A stretch of 64,000 nt of DNA from Bilabrum cf. latius. Its lineage: Eukaryota. The translations under genes were made by a program, and so were the position numbers. Every line of letters starts with the position of its first letter. The first letter of the stretch is position 1. The notes beneath the pieces are model-generated. The model ran no database searches. It was not told the origin of the DNA and was given only the letters and a program-made list of their open reading frames with translations. Of the stretch, positions 14,601 through 28,676 are shown in pieces. Where the stretch lies: assembly GCA_965178125.1 (NCBI GenBank), contig OZ237751.1:620001-684000 (forward strand). The letters run 5' to 3'.

Positions 14601-17600
14601 GAGCGGCAGGGCGCGAGGGAGCGGCCCGGGTGCTGCTGGAGGCGCCGGATTCGAGTCGCCTGGGACGGCTGTGGGATCGCTGCCCAAGGCATCGCCGTCT
14701 GCGTCGCCGGTCGGGTCGGGTGGCGCAGCTGTTGGGGCCGGCGCTCGCGGCGGCGGTGCCACTGGCAGCAGCAGCAGCAGCATTGCGTCTGGATCGAGGC
14801 CTGGCTCGGTGCCGGCATCCCCCGCCGATTCCGGGATCGAATCAGCGCTCGTCACGTCGCCGCAGCTGAAGTCTCCGCCTCACCAGACTGTCGGCAATAA
14901 GCATGTCTTCGGCGCGGATGGTCCTCAGGTCACACCCACCTTGGAATCGCCTGCTGATTCAGGTGGACCTGACGGCGGTTTGCAAGCCGGTTCCTTGCCG
15001 GCATCTGCTGGAATCTCTGCCCTGCGATTGCAGTCGATGTGGCGGGGATTTAAGGCCAGGCGCAAGGCCGTAGACATGGCCAAGCAAGTGTACGAGAAAG
15101 CGGTGGATCCCACCTACAACGCTGTCTACTACTACAACAACAAGACGGGCGAGTCTAGGTGGACCAAGCCTATGCTTCTAGGGTCTGACGACTGCGAAAC
15201 GGTTAAGGACGGTTCCAGCCGGGGCGGCGCGGCGTCGGCCCGCAGCATGGGCCCCACTCCACGCGTGGATCCCACCAGCACGCAGGACGCATCGATTCCC
15301 CGGACCCCGCGCGATGCCGGTGAGGAGGCAGTTAGGCGTTTCAGGGCGGCAAGACACCTCTAGCGGTTAGCGAGGGGTATCCGCGGCAGATTGCGGGCCC
15401 GCGCAGCCGTGCGGCGCATGTACGAGAGGGTGTATGACGAGGAGAACAAGGCACACTTCATCTACTGCATGGTGAGCGGAGAGTCGAGCTGGAGGATGCC
15501 CGCGCTGCTGCTGAAGCTGTTCGGCCACCTCGCCACCGTGGCAGAGGCTGCTGCCGCTGCCAGAGAGGAGCTCAAGGAGCTCGGTGCTCCTCCCGAGGAA
15601 GAGCCCACGGAGGAGAGGATGCAGCTCGCACTGGAACGGCTGGTGGGCGACAGGATGTTTGTGACGCCGGCCATGGCTTCCGTGGCGGTCGGGCTGATGG
15701 CACGACCGAACCGGGTTCGCACTGGGCGCCGCGCCGCGGACATGACCGAGGAGCAGGCGGCGGGTCACCTTCAGAGCGCCTTTCGGATGTGGAAGGCGAG
15801 GTCACACGCTCGCGCCAAAGCCACGGTTAGGTGGGTGAAATAGTACGACGACCAGTGGCAGCTGTACTACTACTTTGACATATACAGATCTGAGGCGCAG
15901 TGGCTGTGTCCCGCTCTCCTCAAAGATGAGGAAATCCCTGAGCTCGGGTCGAGGGAAGCAGACGCGCTGTTCCAAGCCGCGCACAAGAGCCCAGAAGCAG
16001 CCAAGGCCGCCATGCAGAGAGCAGCCTCTGTCCGCACCCAGTCTCCGGAAGATGCCGCCGATGCCGCTGTCGCTGCGACGCACGGTCCCGGCGAGACGAC
16101 GCCGTCCGTCGCTGGCTCTGCCTCTGGCTCAGGGGCCAAGTCGGACAGCGCGTCGGAGGGGTCTTCCCTACTCCACCTGCACACGGGGGGGCCAAAGCTG
16201 GGTGCACCCCCCAACGTGGGGTCACTGACCGGCAGGCAGTCGCTCAGGCTCACTAGCAGACCAGGCACGGCGAGGTCACAGCAGTTGGAGACGCACTTGG
16301 AGCAGCGAGGACTCGCGCTCTACAGCCCTGCCAGGCATTCCCGCAGCAAGTCCCACTCTCCCGGGGTACAGGAAATCATGGCATTTTCCAGGCCAGGCAC
16401 GGCTGGCAGCATGGTCTCTGCCCGAACCAGCGCGGACAACCAGTCTGTCATGTCCTCAGGTACCTTGCTCCGGCTCCCGCCGAAGCCTATGGGCACCCCA
16501 GACGCCGCAGGGAGGAATTCTTCCTCGTCCTCTGGCGGTGTGCCCCGACTCAAGTTCTCGTTCGGAGGCGCTGGTGCCAACGGCAAGTCCTTCCGTGGGA
16601 TGCCATTCGAAGGCGCTGCATCAGCGATTGCAGAGGAGGACGAAGATGAGGACGCAGCGGGTATCGGTGGGAAGCAGCACTAGCGTCAGGGTGATCACCA
16701 TGACAGCCGCGAGAGCTCTGCTCCTGCCACGCCCAAGCCCAGGGGGAGCGCAGCGGGGACGCGGCAAGGCGAGAAACCGCACAGTTCCCCGTCCCCGGGA
16801 GCGAAAAGCATCGAGTCACCAAGGAGCAAGAGTGGGGTCACCACCGGGGAACACAGCCGGGCCAGCAGCCCAGGGCTGACTGTGCTCAGCGAAGATGGGG
16901 GCGGCTTCCGGCCGGGCTCCAGTGCCTCCCAGCTGAGGCCGCAGCACGGCGCATCATCAGCTAGGCCTTCCAGCCGACCGCTGTCTCCAGGGACGACTCA
17001 CTCGCGGGCTTCCGATGAGGAGAAGCCCGTGCTGTCTCCACGCTCCGTCGCTTACATCCACACGCAGGAGGCCGCCGCACTGCTGATCGACCGCGGCGTG
17101 TGCCAGCAGAGGACAGACGCGGCGCAGCTTACCTTCGCCTGGTTGAAAGAGGCCGGCTTGCGGGGCTTCTGGAAGAAGGTGGCCAGTGTGACGAGTGAGG
17201 AGGCGGCGCGGACATCCCGTGAAGTTGCCTTGGAGGGCGTGGACGCGGCAGAGCAGGCGCTGCTGGCCGCCGGAGAGCAAGGGGGTGGGGCGGCCGGCAC
17301 GGACAGAGGGGAAGAGATGCTCGGCGGGATGTTCGCGCCCCTGCCTCTCAACGAGGAGAATCCGTCCACCAGGGCGACGGATGTGCTGCTGGATAAAGCC
17401 GACGAGGTGCAGGAGCGGGAGGGCGCGTCACTACTTCAGTTGGGAGGCGCTTCTCCCCCCGCTGGCGGCGTTCAAGCGAGCGGCGCTGCAACGAGCTCCG
17501 GCGGAGCGGAGGGGTTCGGTGTCAGGCAGCTCGCCGCTTCAGTGAGGCAGGATCCCCGCACAGCTGCCGCGTTGGGTGTCGCATCGCAACGCGTGGTAGG

Positions 17601-17982
17601 GGAAAATCAGGCGGGGGTGGGTAAACTCGGGAACGGCGATACCGCCGAGGAGGACGGCGCGCTGGATGCAGCGTCCGTCTCGCGTGCTTCAGTGGGTGGC
17701 ATGAAGGGTAGGGAGAGAGATGGCGCGCCTTTGGATGCAGGGCGCATGGATACAGGCGCACTGAGACAAGACGTGGCTGAGCCTCGTCTGCGGGGAGATC
17801 CCGGGGAGGCGGGAGGTGCTCGCTCAGGAGAAGGTGCTCGAGACGAGGGAGCGAGCATCGGAGGCGACACACTGGCGAGCAGGGGGCTCGAGCCGAGTGC
17901 AGCCGATGGGGTGCAAGAATCAATCGATCGGGCGCGGGAGTTCTATGCCAGGCTCCCTGGAAAGGTTGGGGCCAGGAAGTAA
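11626..17982 (+). CDS. Large WW-domain/IQ-motif repeat protein with a B-box-like Cys/His cluster (~2118 aa)
   Basis: ORFs 11875, 12598, 13633, 15391, 16012 and 16882 are in one frame and joined by TAGs; ends in TAA. Repeated YYYNxxTGxxxWxxP (WW) and IQ-like (IQSAVRG, VQRLWRG, LQSMWRG, L[TAG]RLARG) motifs. Start ATG is tentative. Confidence 0.88.
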
Positions 17983-18145
17983 GCTGTTGCGGCTGGTCAA
18001 CCGATAGTTTGCGACCACGGACAGGAGATGCAACTTCGAGCGTTGCGCCGCAGGCAGGGCGAATTCATACCACTAGCTTGCCAAACAACTTTCGCATCAC
18101 ACTTACTAGTCTAGAACCAAATTCAATTCGATCGTCTTGTGTGAC

Positions 18146-20281
18146 ATGTCAGACGTGCACGAGAGGCTGAGCAAGGCGTTCGCTGAAGGACATCTTGAGT
18201 CGGTTGAAGCTTTGATTCACGAAGACCCCGCGGCGCTGAGCAATAATGCGTACTTTCAGCGATACCTTAATATTGGCATATACCATGGCCATACTGAGCT
18301 AGTCCGCTATATCCTTGAGCTAGAGGAAACGAGTTGCTCCAGCCGATGCGATTGTATCGTGTTGCGTGCAGCCTTGGCTTTAGCGTGCCGGCATGGGCAC
18401 GCTGAAATTGTCAAGATACTAAACATACAATACGGGGCGATCTGTGGGGCCGGGGGAGTGGGTACGCCTGGGGAGCATGCGCGCGAGATGGGCCTAAGTG
18501 GTGCGTGCTAGAACGGGCACACCGAGGTCGTCGAGTACCTCCTCTCCTTACAAGACGATAGCAGAGTTGACGCACGGTACAATAGCAACAATGCTTTCTG
18601 TATGGCATGCCAAGGTGGCCATACAGGCATAGTGTTGCTCCTTCTCTAGCTGCGAGGAGATCGCAGGATAGATCCGACCGCAAGCGGTTCGAGGGCCCTG
18701 AAGTTGGCTGCACAGAACGATCACATCGAAGTGGTGAAGCTATTGCTAGACCTTGGCGGCGGATTGGATGCAATGGTTCTTCCGGAAGACGGAGAACCTG
18801 AGGATGATGCAGTCGACGCTGCCTGTAGTGGCATGTCGGCCCTGTTCGGGGACAGCAGCAGCGAGGAGCCTGAGGAGGAGGATGGTGATGAGGAGGAGGA
18901 CGAGGAGGCGGGACAGAGGGAAGTGTGCAGCGATGATGAGTGCCACGGCGACAGCATGGCCAGCGAAGCACCTGATGCGGCCGATGCCTAGGGCAGTGCA
19001 AGCAGGGCGGCCGCAGGCGGCAGTGGTGGTGGTGCAGCCGACCAGAAAGAGCACGCGGAGGACTGGAGGCTCCAGCACCCTTGCGTCGATGTCACAGTGT
19101 ACAAAAACAATCCAGGGGACTGGGTCGTGCTTCTGGCAGCGGCCAGGGCAGGTGACCTGCAGCTGCTCAAGGACGTGCTCCGGGTGCGCCGCCGCTTCGG
19201 GAGGGAGGACACGCCGAGCTCACTGCTAGGTGCTGCGTCACGTGCAGGCCAGATGGAAGTCCTGCAATACCTGCTCGGATTAGAAGGCAGTGAGGCAGTG
19301 GATGTCCGCTACGGTGGGGATTCTGCGCTTCGTGGTGCGTTCGACTCTTGCAGGCGCGATATAGTAGACTTGCTGGTGACCCACGGTGCAAGCCTCGATA
19401 CGGTGCTTGCGAGCAGCCCCGACCTGCTGCTACACCAGCCGTGCCTGAAGGGAGATATAGGCATGGTGGATTACATATTGTCGCTGGAAGTGGAAGCGAC
19501 CGGGCATCGCGTCCCTCCATTCTACGACGGCAGGCATATTCTCGCGGTAGCGTGCCTGGGCGAGCAGCTCGAGCTAGCCAAGCACTTGCTCGAGGCAGAC
19601 GCGGAGGCCAAGCTCGTCCCACGGACCTCGCTCAACCAAGCCCTATACTCAACTATCAGAAGCGGCAACATGGAACTGCTGGATCTGCTGCTGCGGCAGT
19701 AGGTTGAGCATCTTCGGGTGGACCTGAAGGGCGATTATCACACCTTGTCACCTGTCTACCAAGCCTCCGCTGACCTGAGATCAGACGTCATGAAAGTGCT
19801 ACTTGCCATCGACGATGAGCGGTGGATTGACATGCGCGAGTACGAGGGCCTTGTTTTTCAATTCGCTGCAGAGAGAATGTCGTACGCTGCTGCAGCTGTT
19901 GATGAGTTCTTTCGGGTGGTGATGACCCGCCCAAGGCCAAGGTGGGACGAATCAGAGCGCCTGAAGGGATGGCTTCCTACACGAAAACTCTATCAGAGCC
20001 ATTGCCGCGACTGGGCAGAGCCCTACGAGTACTGGGTGCACTGGCATCCCCGACCACTTGCCAGTCGGCTGTGCATGTTTCGGGCTGCGAGCGACGCGCA
20101 CCGGGACGCAGACATCGCGAGCCATTGCTGTTCGGAGGGCCGCCCACTGGAGCTTTCGAAGCGTATGCGGCTGGGTCGACTTGCGATGGGCGAGAGCACT
20201 TTGCGGGCGCTGCTCGCATCAGCAGAGGCCGGCGAGCACGGAGACTGTGCGGCTGTGATGCGTGAAGTGATCGGCAGGTGA
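18146..20281 (+). CDS. Ankyrin repeat protein (~711 aa)
   Basis: ORFs 18137, 18704, 19097 and 19718 are in frame and joined by TAGs. Ankyrin motifs ACRHGHAEIV, AC[TAG]NGHTEVV, ACQGGHTGIV, AAQNDHIEVV, ASRAGQMEVL; TGA stop. Confidence 0.88.
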
Positions 20282-20368
20282 CTGCTGAACGACAGATGCC
20301 CTAGTGCTCGGTGCATCAAAAATCCCTTGGTGCATGATATTTCACTTGGAACTTCGTTGAACGTGTCC

Positions 20369-23300
20369 ATGTCACGATCTGGTATACTAGCAATTCACAC
20401 GTTTCAAACGAGTGCAGGCCACGATGGCGCAGCGTCACACCCCTATCCGCCGGCGATCGCGTACCAATCCAAGGGCGAATTGGAGGATATTTCCAGAATA
20501 ACGCGCATTTGTTGCTAGCTCTTCGGTGTTCCTTATCAGCTACTGCGTTTGTGTGTCCTCGCTGCTCCGTGCGGGTGAACAGGAGCATTGCGGAAGTCCT
20601 AGCGCTCAGTTCCAACGCTGGACTATATTACGCAGAACCAGAGCACGTGGAAATCCTTGCCCTACTATAAGTGTGAAGCAATATGGCAGCTTTGTCTACT
20701 CGAAGCAGGTCTTCGGTCTCGCTGTCGTTAACCTCGGAGATTCAGTCGGGGCTGAGTGGGTGGGCTGGAATCTTAGAAAAGGGGATTTTTGGTTCGTTTG
20801 CAGTCCTTGCAGAATCAAAGAACTCTGGCAGATAGCCAGTTTCCCCGCTTCAAATCTACCTCGAAGTATTGGGGATCGTTATTGATGCGCTACAGTTGGT
20901 AGGGATCGTTATTGGGTCGGACTTTCGTTGGCCGAAGCAGTACTTCTCATGGGCCTCCCGATTCCTAAACCTCATCGAGCTGCTTCTACCTGAACACGTG
21001 TTTCCTATCGTGTTTGGGCTCGTCATGGCGTTCGTTTGGTCGGGCATCGCAGATGCGGCGTACTGCACCTACGCATTCTCACAGGGCTCTCACCGTGCCA
21101 TTTGGCCCATAGTCATGCTTCAAGTAGTGTGGGTATTTCTCGGCTCTGTGGCCTTCATACCAATCCTAGAGCTCAACATAAGGGCGGCTGTGGATCCCAA
21201 AGAAGCGTTTTCGGCTCTAGATATGTCAGACGGTACCGCTGGCTTCATAGCGGCTGGAGCAGTGATCACAGCATCCCTGCTTGTACCCTACTGCGTGCTG
21301 TTCTCTTTGCTGTACTACGATAGCAACCCACGAAGCCTTTCTCCAGGCGCAAAGCCGTCTGGAAGGGTCAGCTTGCTCGACACGGTCCTGCGAGCAGGCT
21401 TCGTGCTCCTCTCACAGGTCGTGCTCGTGCCGAGCACTCGATGGTTCGTGTCTCTGCTCTTCACCGCATCGACGGGTGCAATGGCCTACCAGATGTACCG
21501 ACTGCCCCATTACAAGCTATGGGTGGACCAGCTGCGGTGTGCCGCGTACATGGGGATCGCATGGCTGTCCCTGGCCTCGTTCATCCTGTCCATCGTGGCT
21601 GCCTACCACTCGCAAGACACGGCTGACCAGGTGGCTTTCGATTTCACGTGGCGGTGGCTCGCCTGCACGCCCATTGCAGTAGTAGTGGGAGCAATTTTAC
21701 CTGCCTGGAGGGCGTACAGCCTGCGAGAAGAGGCGAAGCTGGTGCTTGCCCTCCATTTCGGCGGCTCGCAGTACCGGCACGAGGTGCTGCGGACCTCAAC
21801 TTCATCCAGCGTTGCGCTGGGGCAATGCACCATGGACTGCATGGAAGGGGTGGCCCATGCACTGTCTCGATGCACGCGATCGTCAGTTGGACTATGCAAG
21901 TCTCTGTGCTGCGCATGCTGCAGCGGCGGCAATGACCAGCACGCGGCGAGGGTGCATCCGCATTCGGCCCTGGAAGGGCTGACATACGGTGACATTCTCA
22001 GGAGCAACGACAGACCTGGAGGGTCATTATCATTCCACGACATTGTCGAGGCAACCTAGGCAGACGAACAAAAGCGGCACTCTGTCAGCGTATCAGCGAA
22101 GCATGCTCCTCGCAGTGAGCAAAGGACTGGGGGTCAGGACAACAGAAGGACCAGCGTTGCTGCAAGTAGCACCGCAGTATCAACAGGTCCAGCTGGTACC
22201 AAAGAAGGCTCAGGGTCGCACCCATCATTCCTAACCGACACGGCACATGTGGTTGGATCCGCTGATAGCTTGCAGCTGGCAAGAGCTCAGGGTCTTGGCC
22301 CGGTCGTGAGCGTGGGCGGGTCACCAAGCCCTGAAGATGCCGCAGTGCCAGTCGATACTGCATCTGCAAATAGTCTTGCAGAGCCCGAAGCCAAGCTGGT
22401 GCTTCAATCTGCTCCCAAACGTCTGGTACCAGAGGGTCCACTGCCATCCGAAGAGGCTAAGCACTCCTCCGACAGCGGAAACGAGTCCCATTCAACCGCC
22501 GAGCGTGGAGGAGGCTTCACATCGAACGTATCTGCGGACGCAGCAAATCAACCAGCAGGCCCTGAACTCAAAGATGTACTTCGAGGCGGTGCTTCGCCCG
22601 AAAGGCGGACCAGCGTTGAGCACGACAAGCCCGCGCTGACGACCGAATCCGCCGGAAGATCCAACCTGAAGAGCGGGAAAAGCCTTCGAAAGGGCTCTGC
22701 GAGGAAGTCCACGGGCTCTTCTGCTCTGAAGCGAGTAGGATTCAGAGGCCGTTCTGGCGGCAGCGGCTCAATAGGTGGGTCGTTCAGGCCGCAACGAGGT
22801 CTTGCACACCAGCCATCGTTCAACTTCAAGTCCGGGGTGGAGCTAGATGAAGGCCGCCCCACCATCTACAGCGAGTACGACGTAGAGCGAATGGCCAGAG
22901 CAGTCGTGATCTCAGGGCCGACCAGGGAGAACCTGAACGCCGCCCTTCACGTGTACGCAGTGGGGATGCGGGAGCATCCCGAATCTGCCTACGTGCGCGT
23001 GTGCTACGCTGCCTTTCTGGAGTCGTACCACTAGGACCAGCTTCGGGGCATGTCCATGCTGCGAGCCGCATCCAAGATCAAGGCGCCACTCGACGTGAGG
23101 TTTCTTATCTTCAACAGGGCTAAGCTGGCAGAGCAGTTCAGACATTCTTCGCAGATCGGCGAGAGCATTAGCACCATCGGTGTGATTGAGTACAAAAAAC
23201 TGCTAGCGGACGCCACACGGAAGCACTACCGAGCCGTGTTTCAGCTGACCAAGCTCTGGGACGTATGCAAGCGCCGGCTGCAAACCGCTGGCAGCATCGA

Positions 23301-26300
23301 CGTGTCCGATTCGGCCCACATCAGCAAGAGGCTTCGCTAGTTCCAGTCGCTTCGCGACGGCGCCACAAAGTCGTACGCCCAGCTCCTGCGCAAATATCCG
23401 AACGCGCAGGCCGTGCTGCGGTCCTACGGCACGTTCGTGCTCGACGTTTTGAATCGGCCGGATGCTGCTGATGCGTACTTTGCTCGAGCGGACGAGCTAG
23501 AGGAGGATGAGTCTAGGGTAGAGACCGGCGGCAAAGCGGAGCGAGAGTCGCAGGCGGACCGCCGCACCGAGTCTCGCTTCTCCAAAGCCCACAGCCACGC
23601 CACCATGAGCACTTCAACAGGTTCCGGACTCACTGTTCTCCCTAGGAAGGAGTTCCTCATCAAGTCGGACGATTCAGACGCGGTCTTTGGCATGGCACTC
23701 GGGGTGCAAAGGGGACTCAGCGCCCTTGGCATGCTGAGCTTCGTCGTGTTCGGCGTCCTCATCTTCATGCTGACTCATTTTCAGGGCAACATTGACGCCA
23801 CGTACAAGGCGTCCAGGCGCCGAGCACTCATCGAGCAGGGCGCTTTCTTCACCCGACGGCTGCAGCTTGCCAGCCAGGAGTACAACGGGTCAGTGGCAGA
23901 AAAGTCCAGGCAAAGGCTTTCACTTATTTCCGAAGAGCTGCACGACATCCACACGTACTTACATGGCAAGTAGAAGTTCGATTCAGTGGTAGAATTCATG
24001 CAAGACAGGAACATTGACGTGCTGGAGCTGGTGTCCGGTCCCGGAAGCGCGGAGCTGCGGTTTGAGAACGCTACGCTGTCGCCCTACGATGGCATCATGT
24101 TCTACATCTCTGTTCTTCGACACGTGCACAGTCTCGAGGATGAAGGCTTCCAGTGGCCGTCGCGCATTCGTACTAACCCTGATTGGCGCTTCGTGATGGA
24201 CAACGTGCTGGGCAGCACCATGGAAGCGATGCAGCACTCCGTGCAGCTGTATTAGAGCATGGACTTTGTGGTAGCTGATCAGTTTCACTACATTTAGATT
24301 GCGATTTTTGCCATGATGCTTTCGCTCGTTGCCTACCTTGGGCTTGGGGTGTACTATCCCGCTGCCTCTCGAGTGGCCAACACCAAGGTGGGCGTGGTTG
24401 ACATCGCGAAGAGCTTGCGATCCAGAAGCATTCGTCGCTTGCACAAGTATTTCTCCAAGGCGTACAAGAGGTTGAATGGAGCTGACCAGGACACGGCGAG
24501 CGAGTCGGACTTGTCAAGCGACAGCGACTCTGATGACGGCGATGGAGCAGGCTAGGATGATACTGCCGCTGGAGCCATCTCTCGGAAAACCTCTTTTGCC
24601 TTTGGAAAGCGAAAACTGGCACTCTCTATGGACAACGTTGAAGATCCAGAGGCGGCAATGGGTGAGACTGTGGGCAAAAACATCTCGATGCGGGACAGCT
24701 CCATGCTAAGCGCTGCTGCCAGTGATAGAGCTTACCCCGATTCCGGGCCTGCGCAACCAAATCGACGACGCGTCTCGCTCGGCCTCCGCCAGGTAGACCA
24801 CTTACACAGGCCAACATAGAGCGGTGGCAGCGAGGAACATGCCATGCCTCGCATCGGACTGCCCCTCACCGAAGAAGCCTTGGATCTGCACCAGGGAGCC
24901 ATCCAGGAGATCGAGTCGAAATCGCTGGCATCGAGCTCAAAGCCAGCATCCAAGGCATCGATGGAAGGGTCGAGCACCGGCCACAAAGGGTCAAGCGAAG
25001 ACACAGAGGGTGATGATGCCACCACTTTGAGCAGCAGCGCGGGAGCGGAATCAAGCTACCGAGAGAACTTGAAACACAGCTCAGACGATGTGTAGGAAAC
25101 CCGCGTCCCTGCGAGTGACAGTGATGATGGTGACGACAGCGAGTCTGGAAGCGACCAGTCACAACCCCATGCACACGCAGCTTCTGGAACTCTGGAGCAC
25201 ACGTTGGATCCGTCAAAAACAACTCCAGACTCAAGGCACAGATCCGCTGGAGCAGGTCCAGATGCAACCTCCCAGGGCGTCGCAACGCCAGCACGCAACT
25301 CTGGCTCGCTCAGTCCGCGAGAAAAAGGACGTTAGTTCGTACGAGCGCAGCGCTCCAAGCGGGGCTTAGTGCACGCGACTCCCGAGCAGGCCTAGCGTGC
25401 AATACGGCTGATTGGGTCTGCGAGCCCCAGCGTCACGGCAGGCAAACAAACGCCGGGAGGACTCAAGCCGAAGCTGCGAAGCAGTCTGGGACTTGGCGGC
25501 AGCCGACACGAAGCCAATGGCAGTGGTGGGGTATCTCGGTTCCCCAGCCACCCGCAGAGCTCTGCAGAACATCCCGAGGATCCAGTCGCTCTCGCTGGCA
25601 CGGTGGCGCGAGCAGTTGGAAAGAAGAATGTGTTGGACGAAGAGCTGCCCGTGGGAGGCAGGCAGGCTAGTGCTGAGGGCGGGGCAGCTGGCCCGCAGCG
25701 GCAAAGCACCTCCGCACACTAGTCAATCGCGCTGGTGCAGGCGCTTTCGATTCGAGTTGCCTTCGTCCTTCTGCTGATTGCTGGCCTGCAGAGCATCGTC
25801 TTCTACACGTCATATCACACAATTGAGCTGGCAAAGCTCGAGGCTGCCGAGATCAGTGCATCGGGCGAACTCTCTTTCCGTGTCCGCGAGTCCGCCTTTG
25901 TGGCGTAGGAGAGCCTCATCGGCGACGGAGAATTCCACCCTGACCAATGCGACCTGAGCCATCTGTTGCAGTACAACTTGCACGAGCTGGACGAGCTGAG
26001 CCACGGGTTGCGGTTTGGAGACGCCAGTCGGAAGCTCAAGGGCAGCGATTACAGATACGGGCCGCAGACTCAATTGCAATATGGTGAAGGTATCGGACCA
26101 ACCAGCAGCAGTGCGGGTGTAGGCGACATCACTGGATTGCTAGCCCAGGGCGGGCGGCATGCAGCTGCAGGGCAGCAGCTCTTGGAGAACATGGTGCTGC
26201 AGGACGGCTTTGTTGCCGCTCTTGTTCACTTTGTGGAATTCGGGAAACGGCTAGCTACGCTAGTTCGCCAAGGGGAGAGGAGGCTCGGGCTTGAGTGCCC

Positions 26301-26853
26301 GGACTGGAGCCCGGGGCTGGACGAGGCTGCTTCACGCAGGCAGCTGATTGGGCTACGTTCACCTTCAATAGATGCAAAACTCGTTCAAGGCGGGGCCTAT
26401 ACTACCGAGCTTTTTTCTAGGCGACTGGTGGGAGGCAGTATGCTGGACCATGTTTTGCCCGAAGATACCGCACTGCGAGTAGGCAGAGAATACTTGATCG
26501 GTCACAATCGCTCCATGCTTGCGAGGCATCCGCTGCTCGGATACTTGCTTGCTGGGTCAATGGGTCCCGTGGGCTAGGCCGCAGATAGGTCAATGGAGCT
26601 GTACCTTGAGGAGTCTGCAGAGAACGTGCAGCGGGAGCTGCTGACCATCGGCCTGGTGCTCGCCGGTAACCTCATGGTGCTTCTTCTCGTGTACTTTATG
26701 GCCCTCCAGGGCATGATCCAGAGGCTGGTGGATGAGAGTAGGCTGAATCACACCTTCTTGGACATTTTGCCACTGCGGCTGATTCGAAGGAGTAGGGCAC
26801 TACAGAGGTTCTACATACGGGAGGAGGACGACGACCAGATGGGCGAGCAGTGA
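20369..26853 (+). CDS. TmcB/TmcC (tiny macrocysts)-like multi-pass membrane protein; 5' exon structure (20369-20868) uncertain
   Basis: 20869-26853 is one frame interrupted only by TAG. N-terminal multi-TM block, TPR-like segments (YAQLLRKYPNAQAVLRSYGTFVLDVLN), later TM pairs and a C-terminal TM followed by FLDILPL; TGA stop. Confidence 0.75.
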
Positions 26854-27283
26854 TATTGATAGTCAGAATTATTGTGGAACATAAAAACAACCTTTATCGT
26901 ACCAACACTTTCAGGCGCGGGCTGCATCTCACCAATACCACCTAAATCGTCCCCACCCTTTCAAGTAGCTGAACGCTGGTCCACTGGCATGGGTCTGGCT
27001 TCTGGCGGCCTCCGATATCTCAAATGGCCTGTCCCTGCGAGTACCAGCCAGGGCCCGCACGAGCAGTGCCTAGTTTGAATGCAAACACGCATCAGCCAAG
27101 TTTATGCGCACATTGAATCCGATACTGTGACACAGAGTAGGCGCTACTGGCACGAGACACGATCGTTGCAGGTGCTTGTTAGGCAGAGTGAGTGAAATAC
27201 ATCTCAGGTAGTGTCAAGGTCAACTGAATGCAAAAGCAAAAGTCAACCCTGCTTCAGCATACACCACATGCCTCCGTCAAGGC

Positions 27284-27958
27284 TTAGACGGGTGGGACAT
27301 GCTACTGGCTCGTGCTGGGGTATCCAGTCGGCACCGCGGCAGGACCATCGTAGGCGGACTCGTCTGTGAGATGCACGGTCGCATTGCCCATCGTCCCGTT
27401 GTAAGCATCACTTCGGTTGCCCGGCACCTCGCATGCGATGCTGCAAGGCTCCTGCACGCCCACCTCTCGGGCCACCTGGACGACCGAGCAGCAGGTGCAG
27501 CAGCAGCTCAAGAACAGATCTTCGCAGTCAGAGCGCTGCATGCCGTAGTACTCGCGCACGTTGATGCGCAGCATGTACACGGTGTATATCATGAACAGAT
27601 TCACCAGGGTAGTGAAGAAGTTCATCATAGCAGTGACACCGGCGGACGCCTCGCCTTGGAGCTCTAGCTGGACAATAGTCTGCCCAACCGCGTTGAAGGA
27701 TGACAGGGCTACGGTCATCAGCACCCACCGCCCAAACGACTCGCTAAACGTCTTAGCTCCCAGAACATACCGCCCGCCTGAGCGCGCACCGGCCTGACTT
27801 ACCATGCAAGGCCAGCAAATTGCACAGCATCCTGCACAGCAGTGCGCCGGGGATTCATAGCACGAGCAGATTCCAGTCTGAAAGCCCACTCGCTGCTCTG
27901 GTGCATCGGCTGGCTGTCCTGCCTTTGAGAACTGGATTGACCCCTGCTGCGATGCCAT
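27284..27958 (-). CDS. PLAC8-family cysteine-rich protein
   Basis: FQTGICSC...CCAGCC..WPC and LRINVREYYGM...CEDLFLSCCCTCCSVVQVARE; reads through TAG at 27302-27304 to TAA at 27284-27286. Confidence 0.88.
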
Positions 27959-28676
27959 TGTTCGGTGCTTTGAAGTGACTGAGAAAAGCTAGCGTGAGGT
28001 ATGCGGATGAGCTCGGATCCGGAAAAGATGGATCGATCACCCGCGAGCTGGACAAAATCTGTATCCCGGGATCCGGGATGCACAAGCAAGCGATATTCTC
28101 GCTGTTTTCTCGCCCCTGCTTGCACATACGATTCCATGTCTCTCTCAGACATGGAAAACAGTGACTCGTTATGCCGCGAGTAGCTCAGACCCTGGCTGGC
28201 AGCGTGGAGGCGCAACTTCCACCCCGGCACGCACTGTATCACAAGATGCGCAGCCCCTCCAGTGTGTCCTCCCTCGCTCATGTAACTGGCAAAAGCTTCC
28301 ATCTCAAAGTCTTCCATACAAGTTTATACTGAGCTCCCTCGGCTGAGTCCCACCTCATGTATTCAAGCTGGCGGAGCCTGCCGTTCCGCGGTCCGCTTGC
28401 TTGCAGCACCACTCGTCGGTGCTCAAGACGGATTACTGCCGCAAGCGACTCGGAAACAGCCTGCGGGTACCATGTGCTTGTATGTAAAATTAGGTAAGAG
28501 GTACCATGTAGACGAAACAATATCATGATGATCACTGTATGCACGGGCGGAGCACACTCCGGATCGTTGAGGTAATTGGCTATTTTCTCCTACATTTAAA
28601 AGAAAACTCAAGACAAAGAGGGCCACGGTTTTACGTCTGATCTCTTGACATGGGAATAGGTGGTATATCTATCAAC

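Noticed and set aside
27799-28317. 172-aa minus-strand ORF upstream of PLAC8
   Set aside because: No recognisable motif and it overlaps PLAC8 in another frame; cannot be supported.
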